Shown here: positions 9,937-19,100 of the stretch, piece after piece
Numbering within the stretch: the stretch's first letter is position 1
How the letters are laid out: each line of letters starts with the position of its first letter
From: a virus
Length of the DNA: 64,000 bases
Virus record (IMG/VR): IMGVR_UViG_3300045988_128835
Direction: 5' to 3' (one strand)
Program-made: the position numbers and the translations under genes
The notes under the pieces: model-generated
What the model was told of the DNA's origin: nothing
Databases searched by the model: none
What the model saw: only the letters and a program-made list of their open reading frames with translations

Positions 9937-10296
9937 ATGATCAGTGTTATGGAATTGATTTTGAAACAGAAGAAGAGGAGGATGAAGAGTATGACTGATG
10001 AGGAATTTGTATTGGATAATAAGAAAAAGGTTGTTGTAAGAAAAAGAATATCTTATTTAAACAAAGGTGATAAAGTATGGATCGTGTCTTCCGACGGGTA
10101 TCTGCTACACACGGACGTAGTTAGAGCCGAACGCGGACGGTCTTATGTGGAGATAGACGGGATTCTGTATTGGAAGCGAGGATTAGATGGCAAGCATCGT
10201 AATCGTAATAACTACATGCAGTTTGCCATGACACCAGAAGACGGTAAGAAGTATGTCGTATATTACCCGGAAGGATTTAAAGACAATGACTTATGA
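9937..10296 (+). CDS. hypothetical protein
   Basis: 119-aa ORF. Confidence 0.45.
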   Translation: MISVMELILKQKKRRMKSMTDEEFVLDNKKKVVVRKRISYLNKGDKVWIVSSDGYLLHTDVVRAERGRSYVEIDGILYWKRGLDGKHRNRNNYMQFAMTPEDGKKYVVYYPEGFKDNDL

Positions 10297-11312
10297 TGGT
10301 CCCGGAAACGCATTTGCTATATAAGGAGTTTAATGGCGTGAAACGTCTTGCCATATCTTATTCCCAGATAGACACGTTTCTTACTTGTCCAATGAAATGG
10401 TATAAGACTTACGTAGAGGGCAAAAGGTCTACGGAAAAACAAGAAGCTACGTCTTATGGTACGGTTATCCATAAGACACTGGAATACTTCTTTAAGAACG
10501 GAAGACAGCCTTCTGGAAAAGACCTGGGGGAAGCTATAAGTTACTATGCTTACCAAGAAGACATACCTTGGCAATCACCGGAAAATATGATGATAGCCAT
10601 GAAGCAATCCGGGGAGCTTCTTGCTTGGATTGTGGATCTGTTCAAAAAAGACGGCAATAGGTTTATGATAGCTGATAGTGATCTTAATCCCTGCGAGAAA
10701 CTTATCAGACACAGCGCTATAGTTGGAGTCGAAGAAGATTTTGTGCTGCCGTACCGTCTTCCTGAGCCTGTTAACATAAATGGAGTAATTCATACTCATG
10801 TGTACATAGTAGGATCGGTAGACCTTCATCTGGCTATAAAAAGCAAGAACGTAGTTCACCATTATGTCATAGATTGGAAATCAGGTAATAAGGTTTTTGA
10901 TTCTAAGAAGTTGGAAACAAATTTACAGCATCCTATATATTCATTTTACATCTATAGAAGATATGGTGGGGTTCTACCAGATATGAACATCTATTTCTTT
11001 ACCAGGACCAGGCAGTACCAAAAGGTTAAGGTAGATGAGGAACGTAAAACAAAATCTATAGAGATGCTAAATGACACTTTGTCTAAAATGTATGATTTTG
11101 AAGATAATAGTGTAAAATCATTTCAAGCGTACATCCAGGGAGCAGAAGGAGCCAGGTATAGCAAGCGGCGTGCCACCCTAAGCCAGCCTGTTTCGCAAAA
11201 CAAGCTACCCTGCCCGTCAGCACTGTGTTATTATTGTGACTTTGGATTACATAACAAAAACGAATGCCCTTTCTCTTCGGATTGGGATCCGTCTAAAAAG
11301 ATAAAACGATGA
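10293..11312 (+). CDS. Cas4/RecB-like PD-(D/E)XK exonuclease with a C-terminal Cys cluster
   Basis: N-terminal TCPMKWY, core motif VIDWKSG (hhDYKTG-like), C-terminal CPSALCYYCDF...ECPF resembling a Cas4/AddB-type metal cluster. Confidence 0.6.
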   Translation: MMVPETHLLYKEFNGVKRLAISYSQIDTFLTCPMKWYKTYVEGKRSTEKQEATSYGTVIHKTLEYFFKNGRQPSGKDLGEAISYYAYQEDIPWQSPENMMIAMKQSGELLAWIVDLFKKDGNRFMIADSDLNPCEKLIRHSAIVGVEEDFVLPYRLPEPVNINGVIHTHVYIVGSVDLHLAIKSKNVVHHYVIDWKSGNKVFDSKKLETNLQHPIYSFYIYRRYGGVLPDMNIYFFTRTRQYQKVKVDEERKTKSIEMLNDTLSKMYDFEDNSVKSFQAYIQGAEGARYSKRRATLSQPVSQNKLPCPSALCYYCDFGLHNKNECPFSSDWDPSKKIKR

Positions 11313-11482
11313 AATACGAGGACGTTCAAAAGTTAAGAACAAAATACCGGCAAGATCCGGAAGTTATAAACGTAGAATACATGAGAGACGTTGCTGTAAG
11401 ATGTGGGAATTTCAAGAAAGCATTTGAACTTCAGGAGAAGCTGGAGGATATATGGTTTAACTACTTAAAGGGAGTCCAATGA
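11309..11482 (+). CDS. small hypothetical protein (57 aa, below the ORF-track cutoff)
   Basis: ATGA stop/start overlaps at both ends (11309-11312 and 11479-11482); fills an otherwise empty gap in the operon. Confidence 0.25.
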   Translation: MKYEDVQKLRTKYRQDPEVINVEYMRDVAVRCGNFKKAFELQEKLEDIWFNYLKGVQ

Positions 11483-11808
11483 AAGAAGATCTAATATGTG
11501 GAGTAGCGATCCTTTTGTATTTAGTTTTATTATACTTGCTCACGACAGCTTTCATAAAAACAGGTAGAGCAGTAGATCGTTATAAGATGAAGAAGAAAAC
11601 TGACAAAATCAAAGTAGGTCAAAGATACGAACATAAGAACTACTTTGAGGATCCATTTGAAAGAGGCAAGCATGTGATTAAGATATTAGACATAAAAGAA
11701 GGGTACGTTCTATATGAGTACGAAGAAAAACCATATATACGTTCTTCTGTGAGTCTTGAAGATATTGTTAAAAAATACATTTTAATTACTGATGTTAAAC
11801 ACAAGTAA
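11479..11808 (+). CDS. small membrane protein (N-terminal TM helix)
   Basis: 109 aa; hydrophobic stretch AILLYLVLLYLLTTAFI. Confidence 0.45.
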   Translation: MKEDLICGVAILLYLVLLYLLTTAFIKTGRAVDRYKMKKKTDKIKVGQRYEHKNYFEDPFERGKHVIKILDIKEGYVLYEYEEKPYIRSSVSLEDIVKKYILITDVKHK

Positions 11809-11811
11809 GTC

Positions 11812-12189
11812 ATGAAAAAAGAAGTCACAATCAAGGAAGATATGGCTGTGTTTTATAAAAATACAGGAAAAGAACTATGGATTTATAACGGACTTTTCAG
11901 AAACAAGGTGTTGTCTATAAAAAAAGATAAAGCCATTATCATGTGTGAAACTGATGCTGAATATGCTGTACTGATAGAAGATAATCAGTTTATTGCCGTA
12001 GCAAAAAACATGGATTATGATTACTGCTGCGCATTCACATTAGGTAATGCCGAGGCTTATGGGGATCGTATGGGCATATCGTGCAGTGTATGCTTGCTTG
12101 AAGATAACGAAGATAAAGCAAGGGAGATGTTGAAAGAGGCGATAATAGAACTTTCAAAAAACAGTAAAATAGATTGCGATGGGCTTTGA
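11812..12189 (+). CDS. hypothetical protein
   Basis: 125-aa ORF. Confidence 0.45.
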   Translation: MKKEVTIKEDMAVFYKNTGKELWIYNGLFRNKVLSIKKDKAIIMCETDAEYAVLIEDNQFIAVAKNMDYDYCCAFTLGNAEAYGDRMGISCSVCLLEDNEDKAREMLKEAIIELSKNSKIDCDGL

Positions 12190-13600
12190 ACTTAGACCTT
12201 ACCAAAAAGAGGCAGTAGATGCCGGGCTTAAGTTCCTTACAGGAAGATCTAAGAAGCCTGGCATAATCGTAGCCCCATGCGGATGTGGAAAGAGCCTTCT
12301 GATATCCAAGATAGCACATGAAATAAATAGACCGACATTAGTATTACAGCCCTCAAAAGAGATTCTGGAGCAGAATTATGCGAAGGCCGTATCATTCGGT
12401 TCTGAACCTACTATATATTCTGCTTCATGTGGTATAAAGGAGCTGTCGGCTATGACTTATGCAACATTAAAGAGCATAAAGAAAGATGTAGCGAGGTTGA
12501 AGGATATAGGGATAGATACCTTATTGATAGACGAATGTCATTCAGGATATTCTCCTGAAGAAGGTTCTGAATTTATGGAGTTTATGAACGGGTTTCCAGA
12601 GGCGAAGGTGCTGGGCTTCACCGCCACTCCCTGCCGCCTCCGAACCTACAGTTCCATGCTGGAAGGAAACTACAGCAAGCTCAATATGCTGACGAAAGAC
12701 GAGCATAACTTCTTCAAGAAAATAGTTCATGTGACTCAAATACAAGAACTAACTTCTCAAGGGTTTTGGTGTCCACTTAAGTACGAACGATGGTCGTTTG
12801 ATGAATCGGCTCTGATGTTAAACAGTACCGGAGCCGAATACACCAACGAATCTATTAAAGAAAGTATTGTACGAAACGGCTTAAACAACTCTATCTACAA
12901 GCGCCTTCTTCAACTTATGAACGAGCGTAAAGCCATTTTGGTTTGCATGGATTCTATCGAATCATGTAATAGAATATCAGAGTTCATGAATGCCAGGATG
13001 GGAGCCATAACCGGTGTCGTAACATCGCTAACAACCAAAAAGAAAAGAGAGCAAATTATATCAGATTTCAAAGAAGGTAAGTTGAAAGTGGTTTTTAATT
13101 ATTCAACGCTTGCTACCGGATTTGATTTTCCTGAACTTGATTGTGTGATGTTTGGGCGACCAACTTTCTCATATTCAACTTATTACCAAATATTAGGCCG
13201 CGCCGTCCGCATCCATCCTGACAAGAAAGAGGCGCTGATAGTTGATTGCTGCGACAACATGAGGCGTTTCGGTCGGATAGAAGACCTGACAATTGAGCAA
13301 TTCCCTTCTAAGGGCTGGTGTATGTTTGCCGGCGATCAACTTCTGTCTAATATAAGGATGGGTGATATTATTACCAAAGACGAGATCCTTCGTCGGGCAG
13401 CCTCGCTTAAATCTGTGAATGGAGATGGTAGGAGAGAAGACGATCTTGACAGTATAATAATGTGGTTTGGAAAATATGAAGGAATTAGATTCAAGGACAT
13501 ACCGGTGTCGTATTTTAGGTTCTTGGCTGAGAATATGGCAGTAAAACCAGGAGATAGAAAAGAAAAGGTTATAGAATATTATAATAGGATAAAAGCATGA
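12179..13600 (+). CDS. SF2 DEAD/DExH-box helicase with a C-terminal DUF3820-like extension
   Basis: Motif I APCGCGKS, motif II LLIDECHS, motif III FTATP, motif VI-like QILGRAVR. Confidence 0.75.
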   Translation: MGFELRPYQKEAVDAGLKFLTGRSKKPGIIVAPCGCGKSLLISKIAHEINRPTLVLQPSKEILEQNYAKAVSFGSEPTIYSASCGIKELSAMTYATLKSIKKDVARLKDIGIDTLLIDECHSGYSPEEGSEFMEFMNGFPEAKVLGFTATPCRLRTYSSMLEGNYSKLNMLTKDEHNFFKKIVHVTQIQELTSQGFWCPLKYERWSFDESALMLNSTGAEYTNESIKESIVRNGLNNSIYKRLLQLMNERKAILVCMDSIESCNRISEFMNARMGAITGVVTSLTTKKKREQIISDFKEGKLKVVFNYSTLATGFDFPELDCVMFGRPTFSYSTYYQILGRAVRIHPDKKEALIVDCCDNMRRFGRIEDLTIEQFPSKGWCMFAGDQLLSNIRMGDIITKDEILRRAASLKSVNGDGRREDDLDSIIMWFGKYEGIRFKDIPVSYFRFLAENMAVKPGDRKEKVIEYYNRIKA

Positions 13601-13953
13601 ACAACAAGAGAAGAAAAAAAATATCGGATGTTATTAACAACGTAAATAAGTATAAAACAGATTTTGAATACATCAAATCAAAGTTATCGGAGTTGAAGTG
13701 CAACATAAATTCAGCCAAAGATGATGTTGATATGATTTTAGATGAAGAGACTGAGGCGAGAGATAATATACCGGAATCGTTACAAGACTCAGAAAGATAT
13801 TGGGAATCAGATCAGGCTGTAACTGATATGGAGGAGGTGGTTGATGACATGGAAAGTATTATAAATGATATAGATGATGTGATTTCAACCATAGATGGGA
13901 GCATTAAAACCATAAATGGTTCTATTAAAGTAAATTTGGAAGGAGTAATATAA
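13597..13953 (+). CDS. acidic hypothetical protein
   Basis: 118 aa, Asp/Glu-rich. Confidence 0.4.
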   Translation: MNNKRRKKISDVINNVNKYKTDFEYIKSKLSELKCNINSAKDDVDMILDEETEARDNIPESLQDSERYWESDQAVTDMEEVVDDMESIINDIDDVISTIDGSIKTINGSIKVNLEGVI

Positions 13954-14241
13954 ATGAAAACAAATGAATTAAGGGAAATACTTAAATTGTATGGTCTTCA
14001 ACATGATGTTGTTATCAACAAAAGTTCAAGAAGGTATTCTATTATCTTAGACAATAACATAATAGGAACCAATCACGACAAAGAGAGGGTGGTTGTGTTC
14101 CGTCCTATACCGGAAGGAAAAAACACATTCTGCATGGAGCGAGATAGGTTCTACACGGAGTTTGAAGAAGCTTTTGATGATGATAAAGCCATAGAAGCCG
14201 TAAGACAATATTTTGAAAACAATAAAAACAGAAAGTCATGA
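13954..14241 (+). CDS. hypothetical protein
   Basis: 95-aa ORF. Confidence 0.4.
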   Translation: MKTNELREILKLYGLQHDVVINKSSRRYSIILDNNIIGTNHDKERVVVFRPIPEGKNTFCMERDRFYTEFEEAFDDDKAIEAVRQYFENNKNRKS

Positions 14242-14579
14242 ACGAAAATGAAATATTTAGATTAAAGGGAAGAATAGCCATATCCAACCTATCACGTGAG
14301 GACAAGGATATGATAAATAGCATCCTTGATGGTATCAATAAAAAGGATGAAGATGAAAAAGGATATCTCTATACCGTGAGAGTAAAACTAAACAACGGAA
14401 GTCTTGCACATGCTACTTTATTTTTTAAAAGCGAGACAGGCCCTACATTTGAAGACTTAAAGAAGGAGCTTGATGATATGGGAATTAAAGATGATGATTA
14501 TAGCGATAGTGGCATAATTATCATTAACCGCATTGTTATGAGCGGAGAAGAATTTGATCGTTTTGTAAAAAAAGAGTGA
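14238..14579 (+). CDS. hypothetical protein
   Basis: 113-aa ORF. Confidence 0.4.
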   Translation: MNENEIFRLKGRIAISNLSREDKDMINSILDGINKKDEDEKGYLYTVRVKLNNGSLAHATLFFKSETGPTFEDLKKELDDMGIKDDDYSDSGIIIINRIVMSGEEFDRFVKKE

Positions 14580-14611
14580 TGGACTATATTAATTAAAACA
14601 ACGATAAAACA

Positions 14612-15355
14612 ATGAAAAAAATGGACAATATTATTATCCTAAAGGGGACAAATGTGGTTATTAACAAAGATGTTTATGCTTATAAAACGTTAGTAGCCAA
14701 AAAAGGGCTTAAGGTTGTGTGTGAAAAAGATATCAAAAAAGGAGATAAGGAAGCCACGCTGTCGTATGAAGGTCGTATGGAGATTGATATACCAGTTGAT
14801 TATATACTAAAGAATGATGATGTCCTTTTCAAAGAAGGAGAATTTCTTTTTGCTAAAAAAGATTATTCTTTTAAAGATGATATTGTTCCTGGGGGAGCTA
14901 TGGTCGAATTGGCAAAAGAGGTCTACAATGTAGATGTTATGGCTGTCATATACTACAAAGGGAAACAGTTTAGCATACCCTTGGATTTGTTAGAACCTGT
15001 TAGTTCAAAAAAAGACAATAATAAAAAAGAAGGGGAATCGGTGAAGAATGACATCATTGACGATAAACTACGATGGGATTTGCTTCCAATGGAAGAGATT
15101 GAGGACATTGTAAAAGTCTATCATGCCGGAGCCAAGAAATATGGGCCTAATAATTGGCAGAATCTTGACAACGGATTTGAACGGTATCGAGCTGCAATGT
15201 TTCGACACCTGATGGAATACATGAAAGGAGAAAGAGTGGATTCCGATACAGGATGTTTTCATCTTGCACAATGTGCATGGAACTGCATAGCTATGCTGTG
15301 GTATGACAAGCATGGAAAAGGGTTGATACCATTAAATAAGGAGGAAAAGAAATGA
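14612..15355 (+). CDS. protein with a C-terminal dATP/dGTP diphosphohydrolase-like (MazG-like) domain
   Basis: RWDLLP...VYHAGAKKYGPNNW...RHL...HLAQCAWNC matches the conserved pattern of phage dNTP pyrophosphohydrolase N-terminal domains (from memory). Confidence 0.5.
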   Translation: MKKMDNIIILKGTNVVINKDVYAYKTLVAKKGLKVVCEKDIKKGDKEATLSYEGRMEIDIPVDYILKNDDVLFKEGEFLFAKKDYSFKDDIVPGGAMVELAKEVYNVDVMAVIYYKGKQFSIPLDLLEPVSSKKDNNKKEGESVKNDIIDDKLRWDLLPMEEIEDIVKVYHAGAKKYGPNNWQNLDNGFERYRAAMFRHLMEYMKGERVDSDTGCFHLAQCAWNCIAMLWYDKHGKGLIPLNKEEKK

Positions 15356-15660
15356 CAATAGAACAACTAAATTATTTATTAAGAAAAGAGCTTTATGCTA
15401 TAAAAAACCATAAAGACAATATTGATAGAATCAAAAAAGAATATTTTGATTCCAATTATGGGTTAAAAGAAGGAGATAAGATCCGTATTTTACACGAAGC
15501 AGGAGATGAAATGATAGGCTTCTTGAAAAAAGTTGAAGTATGTGAAGACGGAGATCTGTACTTGACAATCCAAAAACAAAACGAAAAAGGTGACAGAGGC
15601 AGAGGAATATGGAATATGTATCTATCATCAAAATCAATTAAAATTGAAAAATGTGTATAA
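15352..15660 (+). CDS. hypothetical protein
   Basis: 102-aa ORF. Confidence 0.4.
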   Translation: MTIEQLNYLLRKELYAIKNHKDNIDRIKKEYFDSNYGLKEGDKIRILHEAGDEMIGFLKKVEVCEDGDLYLTIQKQNEKGDRGRGIWNMYLSSKSIKIEKCV

Positions 15661-15664
15661 TGCC

Positions 15665-16840
15665 ATGAGAGTGTTAAGTTTATTTGACGGAATGTCATGT
15701 GGTCAAATAGCGTTAAAAGAAATAGGGATCACACCTGAAGTATATTATGTATCAGAAATAGATAAGTTTGCTATTAAACAAACGCAATTAAATTTCCCTA
15801 ATACTATACAAGTAGGAGATGTAAGGGATTTGAATGTAGAAGATCTTGGACACATAGATCTTATTTTAGCCGGCAGCCCATGTAAGGATATGTCTTTTTC
15901 TGGAAAAAGAAAAGGGTTGTCTACCGTAGAAGGAATAGAAATCAAATCACTTAATGAGTATCTTGAATTAAAAAAACAAGGATTTGAATTTGCCGGTCAG
16001 TCTTACTTATTCTGGGAGTTTATTCGTATTTTGAATGATGTAAGAAAAACTAATCCTGATGTATTGTTTCTTCTTGAGAACGTTAAGATGGGAAAGAAAT
16101 GGGAGCCGGTATTTGATGATGCTATAGGGTGTAAAGGCAATCATATTAATTCAGCACTTGTTTCCGCTCAAACCAGGAAACGTATTTATTGGACTAATAT
16201 TCAAGGCGGCATTATCCCTCAACCTAAAGACGAAGGTTTGACCATAAGTGATATAGCGGAATATGAAGTAGATGAAAAATATTACTTATCTGAAAAAGTT
16301 TTAAACAATTTAGCTTTTCACTTGAAAAGAAATCACGACAAGGGAAATTGTTATGGAGCTAATATTAAAACAAAAGATGAGAAATCCAATACTGTTACCG
16401 TAAAGGGTAAATACATGTACGATCTTATTTGTGTAGCAATGAGAGGTAGGAATCCAGAAAAACCTACATGTAGAGAATCTGGTCTTAAAACAGTTCAGAT
16501 GATTGAATTTAAAAACGATGGAAAATCCAATTGTCTCACAACAGTTCAGAAAGATAATCTTATTTTCCAAATACCAAGAGGATTTAACAAAGGTGGATTT
16601 CATGAAGATAAGGCTCCAACATTATCTTGTAATTCATATGATAGAAACAATTTTATCATACAGAGAGCATTACATGGCGATTTCAGAATAAGAAGATTAA
16701 CCCCTACAGAGTGCTCCAGGTTACAGACTGTACCAGATTGGTATAAATGGGAATGCAGCGAAACCCAACAGTACAAGATGTTGGGGAACGGGTGGACTAT
16801 TAAAGTGATTGAACATATACTTAAAAGAATAAAAGAATAA
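15665..16840 (+). CDS. DNA (cytosine-5)-methyltransferase
   Basis: Motif I LSLFDGMSCG, motif IV GSPCKDMS (the PC dipeptide), motif VI LLENVK; start taken at MRVLSLF (ATG 15665), not the upstream in-frame ATG. Confidence 0.85.
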   Translation: MRVLSLFDGMSCGQIALKEIGITPEVYYVSEIDKFAIKQTQLNFPNTIQVGDVRDLNVEDLGHIDLILAGSPCKDMSFSGKRKGLSTVEGIEIKSLNEYLELKKQGFEFAGQSYLFWEFIRILNDVRKTNPDVLFLLENVKMGKKWEPVFDDAIGCKGNHINSALVSAQTRKRIYWTNIQGGIIPQPKDEGLTISDIAEYEVDEKYYLSEKVLNNLAFHLKRNHDKGNCYGANIKTKDEKSNTVTVKGKYMYDLICVAMRGRNPEKPTCRESGLKTVQMIEFKNDGKSNCLTTVQKDNLIFQIPRGFNKGGFHEDKAPTLSCNSYDRNNFIIQRALHGDFRIRRLTPTECSRLQTVPDWYKWECSETQQYKMLGNGWTIKVIEHILKRIKE

Positions 16841-17382
16841 TGATTAGAGCAAGATTTTACATTAAAAAATCCGACTGCGGTAACGACTACCGTCCAGTCA
16901 AATGGCCTATAAAATATCCATATTGGCGTAGTGGTGAATCCGATGATTCATTCATACTTGTAGTGTATGCCGAAGACGAAGACAGCATAAAAGAGCTGTG
17001 GCCGGAAGCATACGATATTAATGTCTTAGAAAAAGATACTGAGGTTAAATTCACATTAAGATTTCCTAAGCCTAAATGGTATGAATTGCAAGAAGAGAGA
17101 TTAGAAGAGTATGATAAATTATATGGTAAATTCGTATGGGTTACGGACATGTGTCTAAAAGATGGGAAAATAAGAAAGGTAAAAGCCAGAATAGAAGATT
17201 GTGGTGGTCTTTTATTAGCCGACACTCCTGGCCGGTTCACTCCTTATACAATAGGGTATCAAGCTTTTAAAAGTAAAGAAGAAGCTTTGAAATATGCAGA
17301 GGAACAGAGAACGGATTTAATTAAGTCTCTTAAGTTACAAATACATGAACTTGAAAATCTAAAATTTGAATACGATGATTAA
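16840..17382 (+). CDS. hypothetical protein
   Basis: 180-aa ORF. Confidence 0.45.
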   Translation: MIRARFYIKKSDCGNDYRPVKWPIKYPYWRSGESDDSFILVVYAEDEDSIKELWPEAYDINVLEKDTEVKFTLRFPKPKWYELQEERLEEYDKLYGKFVWVTDMCLKDGKIRKVKARIEDCGGLLLADTPGRFTPYTIGYQAFKSKEEALKYAEEQRTDLIKSLKLQIHELENLKFEYDD

Positions 17383-18088
17383 CTATGCAGCAAAAGCCAG
17401 AAAAGCTTATTTGATAAACAATTTCGATAAGATCCTTAACAGTCTCAACACGCTTCATTCAACGGTTGAGACCATGACGTTGTTCGTAAACGACCAGGCT
17501 TATAATTACATTCTTAAGCTAAAGGAAGTAATTAAAACCAGTCCTATGTATAAGCACAATATCAAGCGTCTTTTAAATAATATGGACAAAGAGATAAAGA
17601 GGTACAATGCTTCTATCTACTACATAAATAAAGAGCGTAGTGAGGTTATAGCTGATATAACACAAGCGATGGAAGATTGTCTCATGCCATACATAGACAA
17701 TCTGGCCGGCGCTATAAGGGCAGCCGTGTGGTCGAAGGGTGTGTCCGAGGAGCGGACGGAAGCGGCGGTACTGTCCCTAATCGTATCCTCCTTGGCCACG
17801 ACATCAGGCAGACTTATCTCAGGTGGATATCAGATCATGAAAGAAATGGGTGGGGGTCAAGGTGGTAATCCATTTACGTTTATGAGCATTGATAAGATAA
17901 GACACTTATCTACATCATTATCTGATGCTATTACCGGTGGGGAAATAGCTCTTGAGGAAAAAGAAGCCAATGACATAACTAAGGCAATGGATATTTTTAT
18001 TGAGAAAATGTCTGATTCGGATATTGTTGATAAGGTGATCAGCATACTTGAAGAGGCTGAATCTAAAAATAAGGAGGAGCGATCGTGA
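17366..18088 (+). CDS. hypothetical protein
   Basis: 240-aa ORF. Confidence 0.45.
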   Translation: MNTMINYAAKARKAYLINNFDKILNSLNTLHSTVETMTLFVNDQAYNYILKLKEVIKTSPMYKHNIKRLLNNMDKEIKRYNASIYYINKERSEVIADITQAMEDCLMPYIDNLAGAIRAAVWSKGVSEERTEAAVLSLIVSSLATTSGRLISGGYQIMKEMGGGQGGNPFTFMSIDKIRHLSTSLSDAITGGEIALEEKEANDITKAMDIFIEKMSDSDIVDKVISILEEAESKNKEERS

Positions 18089-18276
18089 ATTATTTGGATG
18101 GGTATGTAGAAGAAGTTCTTTCTGAGCCGTACTATGATGATTATGGCTCTGGGGTTTTTAGGTGGTGGGTGAAAGTGTCTTACGTTTGTGAAGGCATAGG
18201 AGCTGTCACTACCTTAATGTTTGATACGAGAGAAGAAGCAGAGGCAGTAAAAATAGGTTATAAATTTTTATGTTGA
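18085..18276 (+). CDS. small hypothetical protein
   Basis: 63-aa ORF, coupled start. Confidence 0.3.
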   Translation: MNYLDGYVEEVLSEPYYDDYGSGVFRWWVKVSYVCEGIGAVTTLMFDTREEAEAVKIGYKFLC

Positions 18277-18283
18277 AAATAAT

Positions 18284-18520
18284 ATGAGGTATTTTGTTTT
18301 ATTGATGGCACTTGTGTTATCATCATGTTCGCATGATGATAGTCAGGTTAATAACGGATGGGTTATATATGATTTACGTCCTTTACAGGGTGGACGTGTG
18401 ATGTATTATGCTGAAGACGAAAGAATTTCAATATTTAAACATAATAGAATCATAAAATTCGTTAGATACCAAGGGGAATACAATATCGGAGATTCTATTA
18501 AGATCGTGAAAGTAAAATAA
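18284..18520 (+). CDS. putative lipoprotein (signal peptide with lipobox LSSC)
   Basis: MRYFVLLMALVLSSCSHDD. Confidence 0.4.
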   Translation: MRYFVLLMALVLSSCSHDDSQVNNGWVIYDLRPLQGGRVMYYAEDERISIFKHNRIIKFVRYQGEYNIGDSIKIVKVK

Positions 18521-18521
18521 T

Positions 18522-19010
18522 ATGGAAAATAATTTAAAACTCGTATGCCCAAAATGTGGCACCCCTCACCAGCCTCATTCTCCGCACACGATGGATGCAG
18601 ATGGATTTGAAAGGTGTGAGATAAGAACTGTCATGGAAGACAGGGGGTGGTGCTACGAATGCTCTTTTTGGCAAAATATGTACGACAAGCACAAAGACGA
18701 TCCAGGATGGGTTAGGATAGACGGTGAAAGCTGGGTGCTTAAGCCTATGGTGGAAAACGTACCGAGCGGATGGAACAGCCTTGGATGTGGTGGAAGAAAG
18801 ATGTATATCAATATCGAAGGGAAAGGCATTGTTGTATCAAATAACTGCTGGTGCCAAGGTGATGTTTCGGACGCATTCAAGGATCTTATGCCTGATAATG
18901 CTACTTGGGCTACGAAGGAGGAATTTGACAAAGCTCCTGTAGTAGGACATATCATAGAAGGTATTGGTTTAGTTTTCACAGATAGGGGAGGTCATGAAGT
19001 TAATGCTTAG
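18522..19010 (+). CDS. Cys-rich hypothetical protein
   Basis: 162 aa with CPKCG...C...CYEC...C clusters; last gene of the plus-strand block. Confidence 0.45.
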   Translation: MENNLKLVCPKCGTPHQPHSPHTMDADGFERCEIRTVMEDRGWCYECSFWQNMYDKHKDDPGWVRIDGESWVLKPMVENVPSGWNSLGCGGRKMYINIEGKGIVVSNNCWCQGDVSDAFKDLMPDNATWATKEEFDKAPVVGHIIEGIGLVFTDRGGHEVNA

Positions 19011-19053
19011 AAACTTATTTCATGTTCTGCTTATACAAGAAAAGATGGTAACT

Positions 19054-19100
19054 ACAACAATCCCCAACCATACAATAGGCGTACGGTTGGGGATTGTTGT
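19054..19100. terminator. perfect 16-bp inverted repeat (ACAACAATCCCCAACC / GGTTGGGGATTGTTGT, 15-nt loop) at the convergence of the plus and minus gene blocks
   Basis: Seen directly; located between the stop codons of convergent genes (19010 and 19100). Confidence 0.5.
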
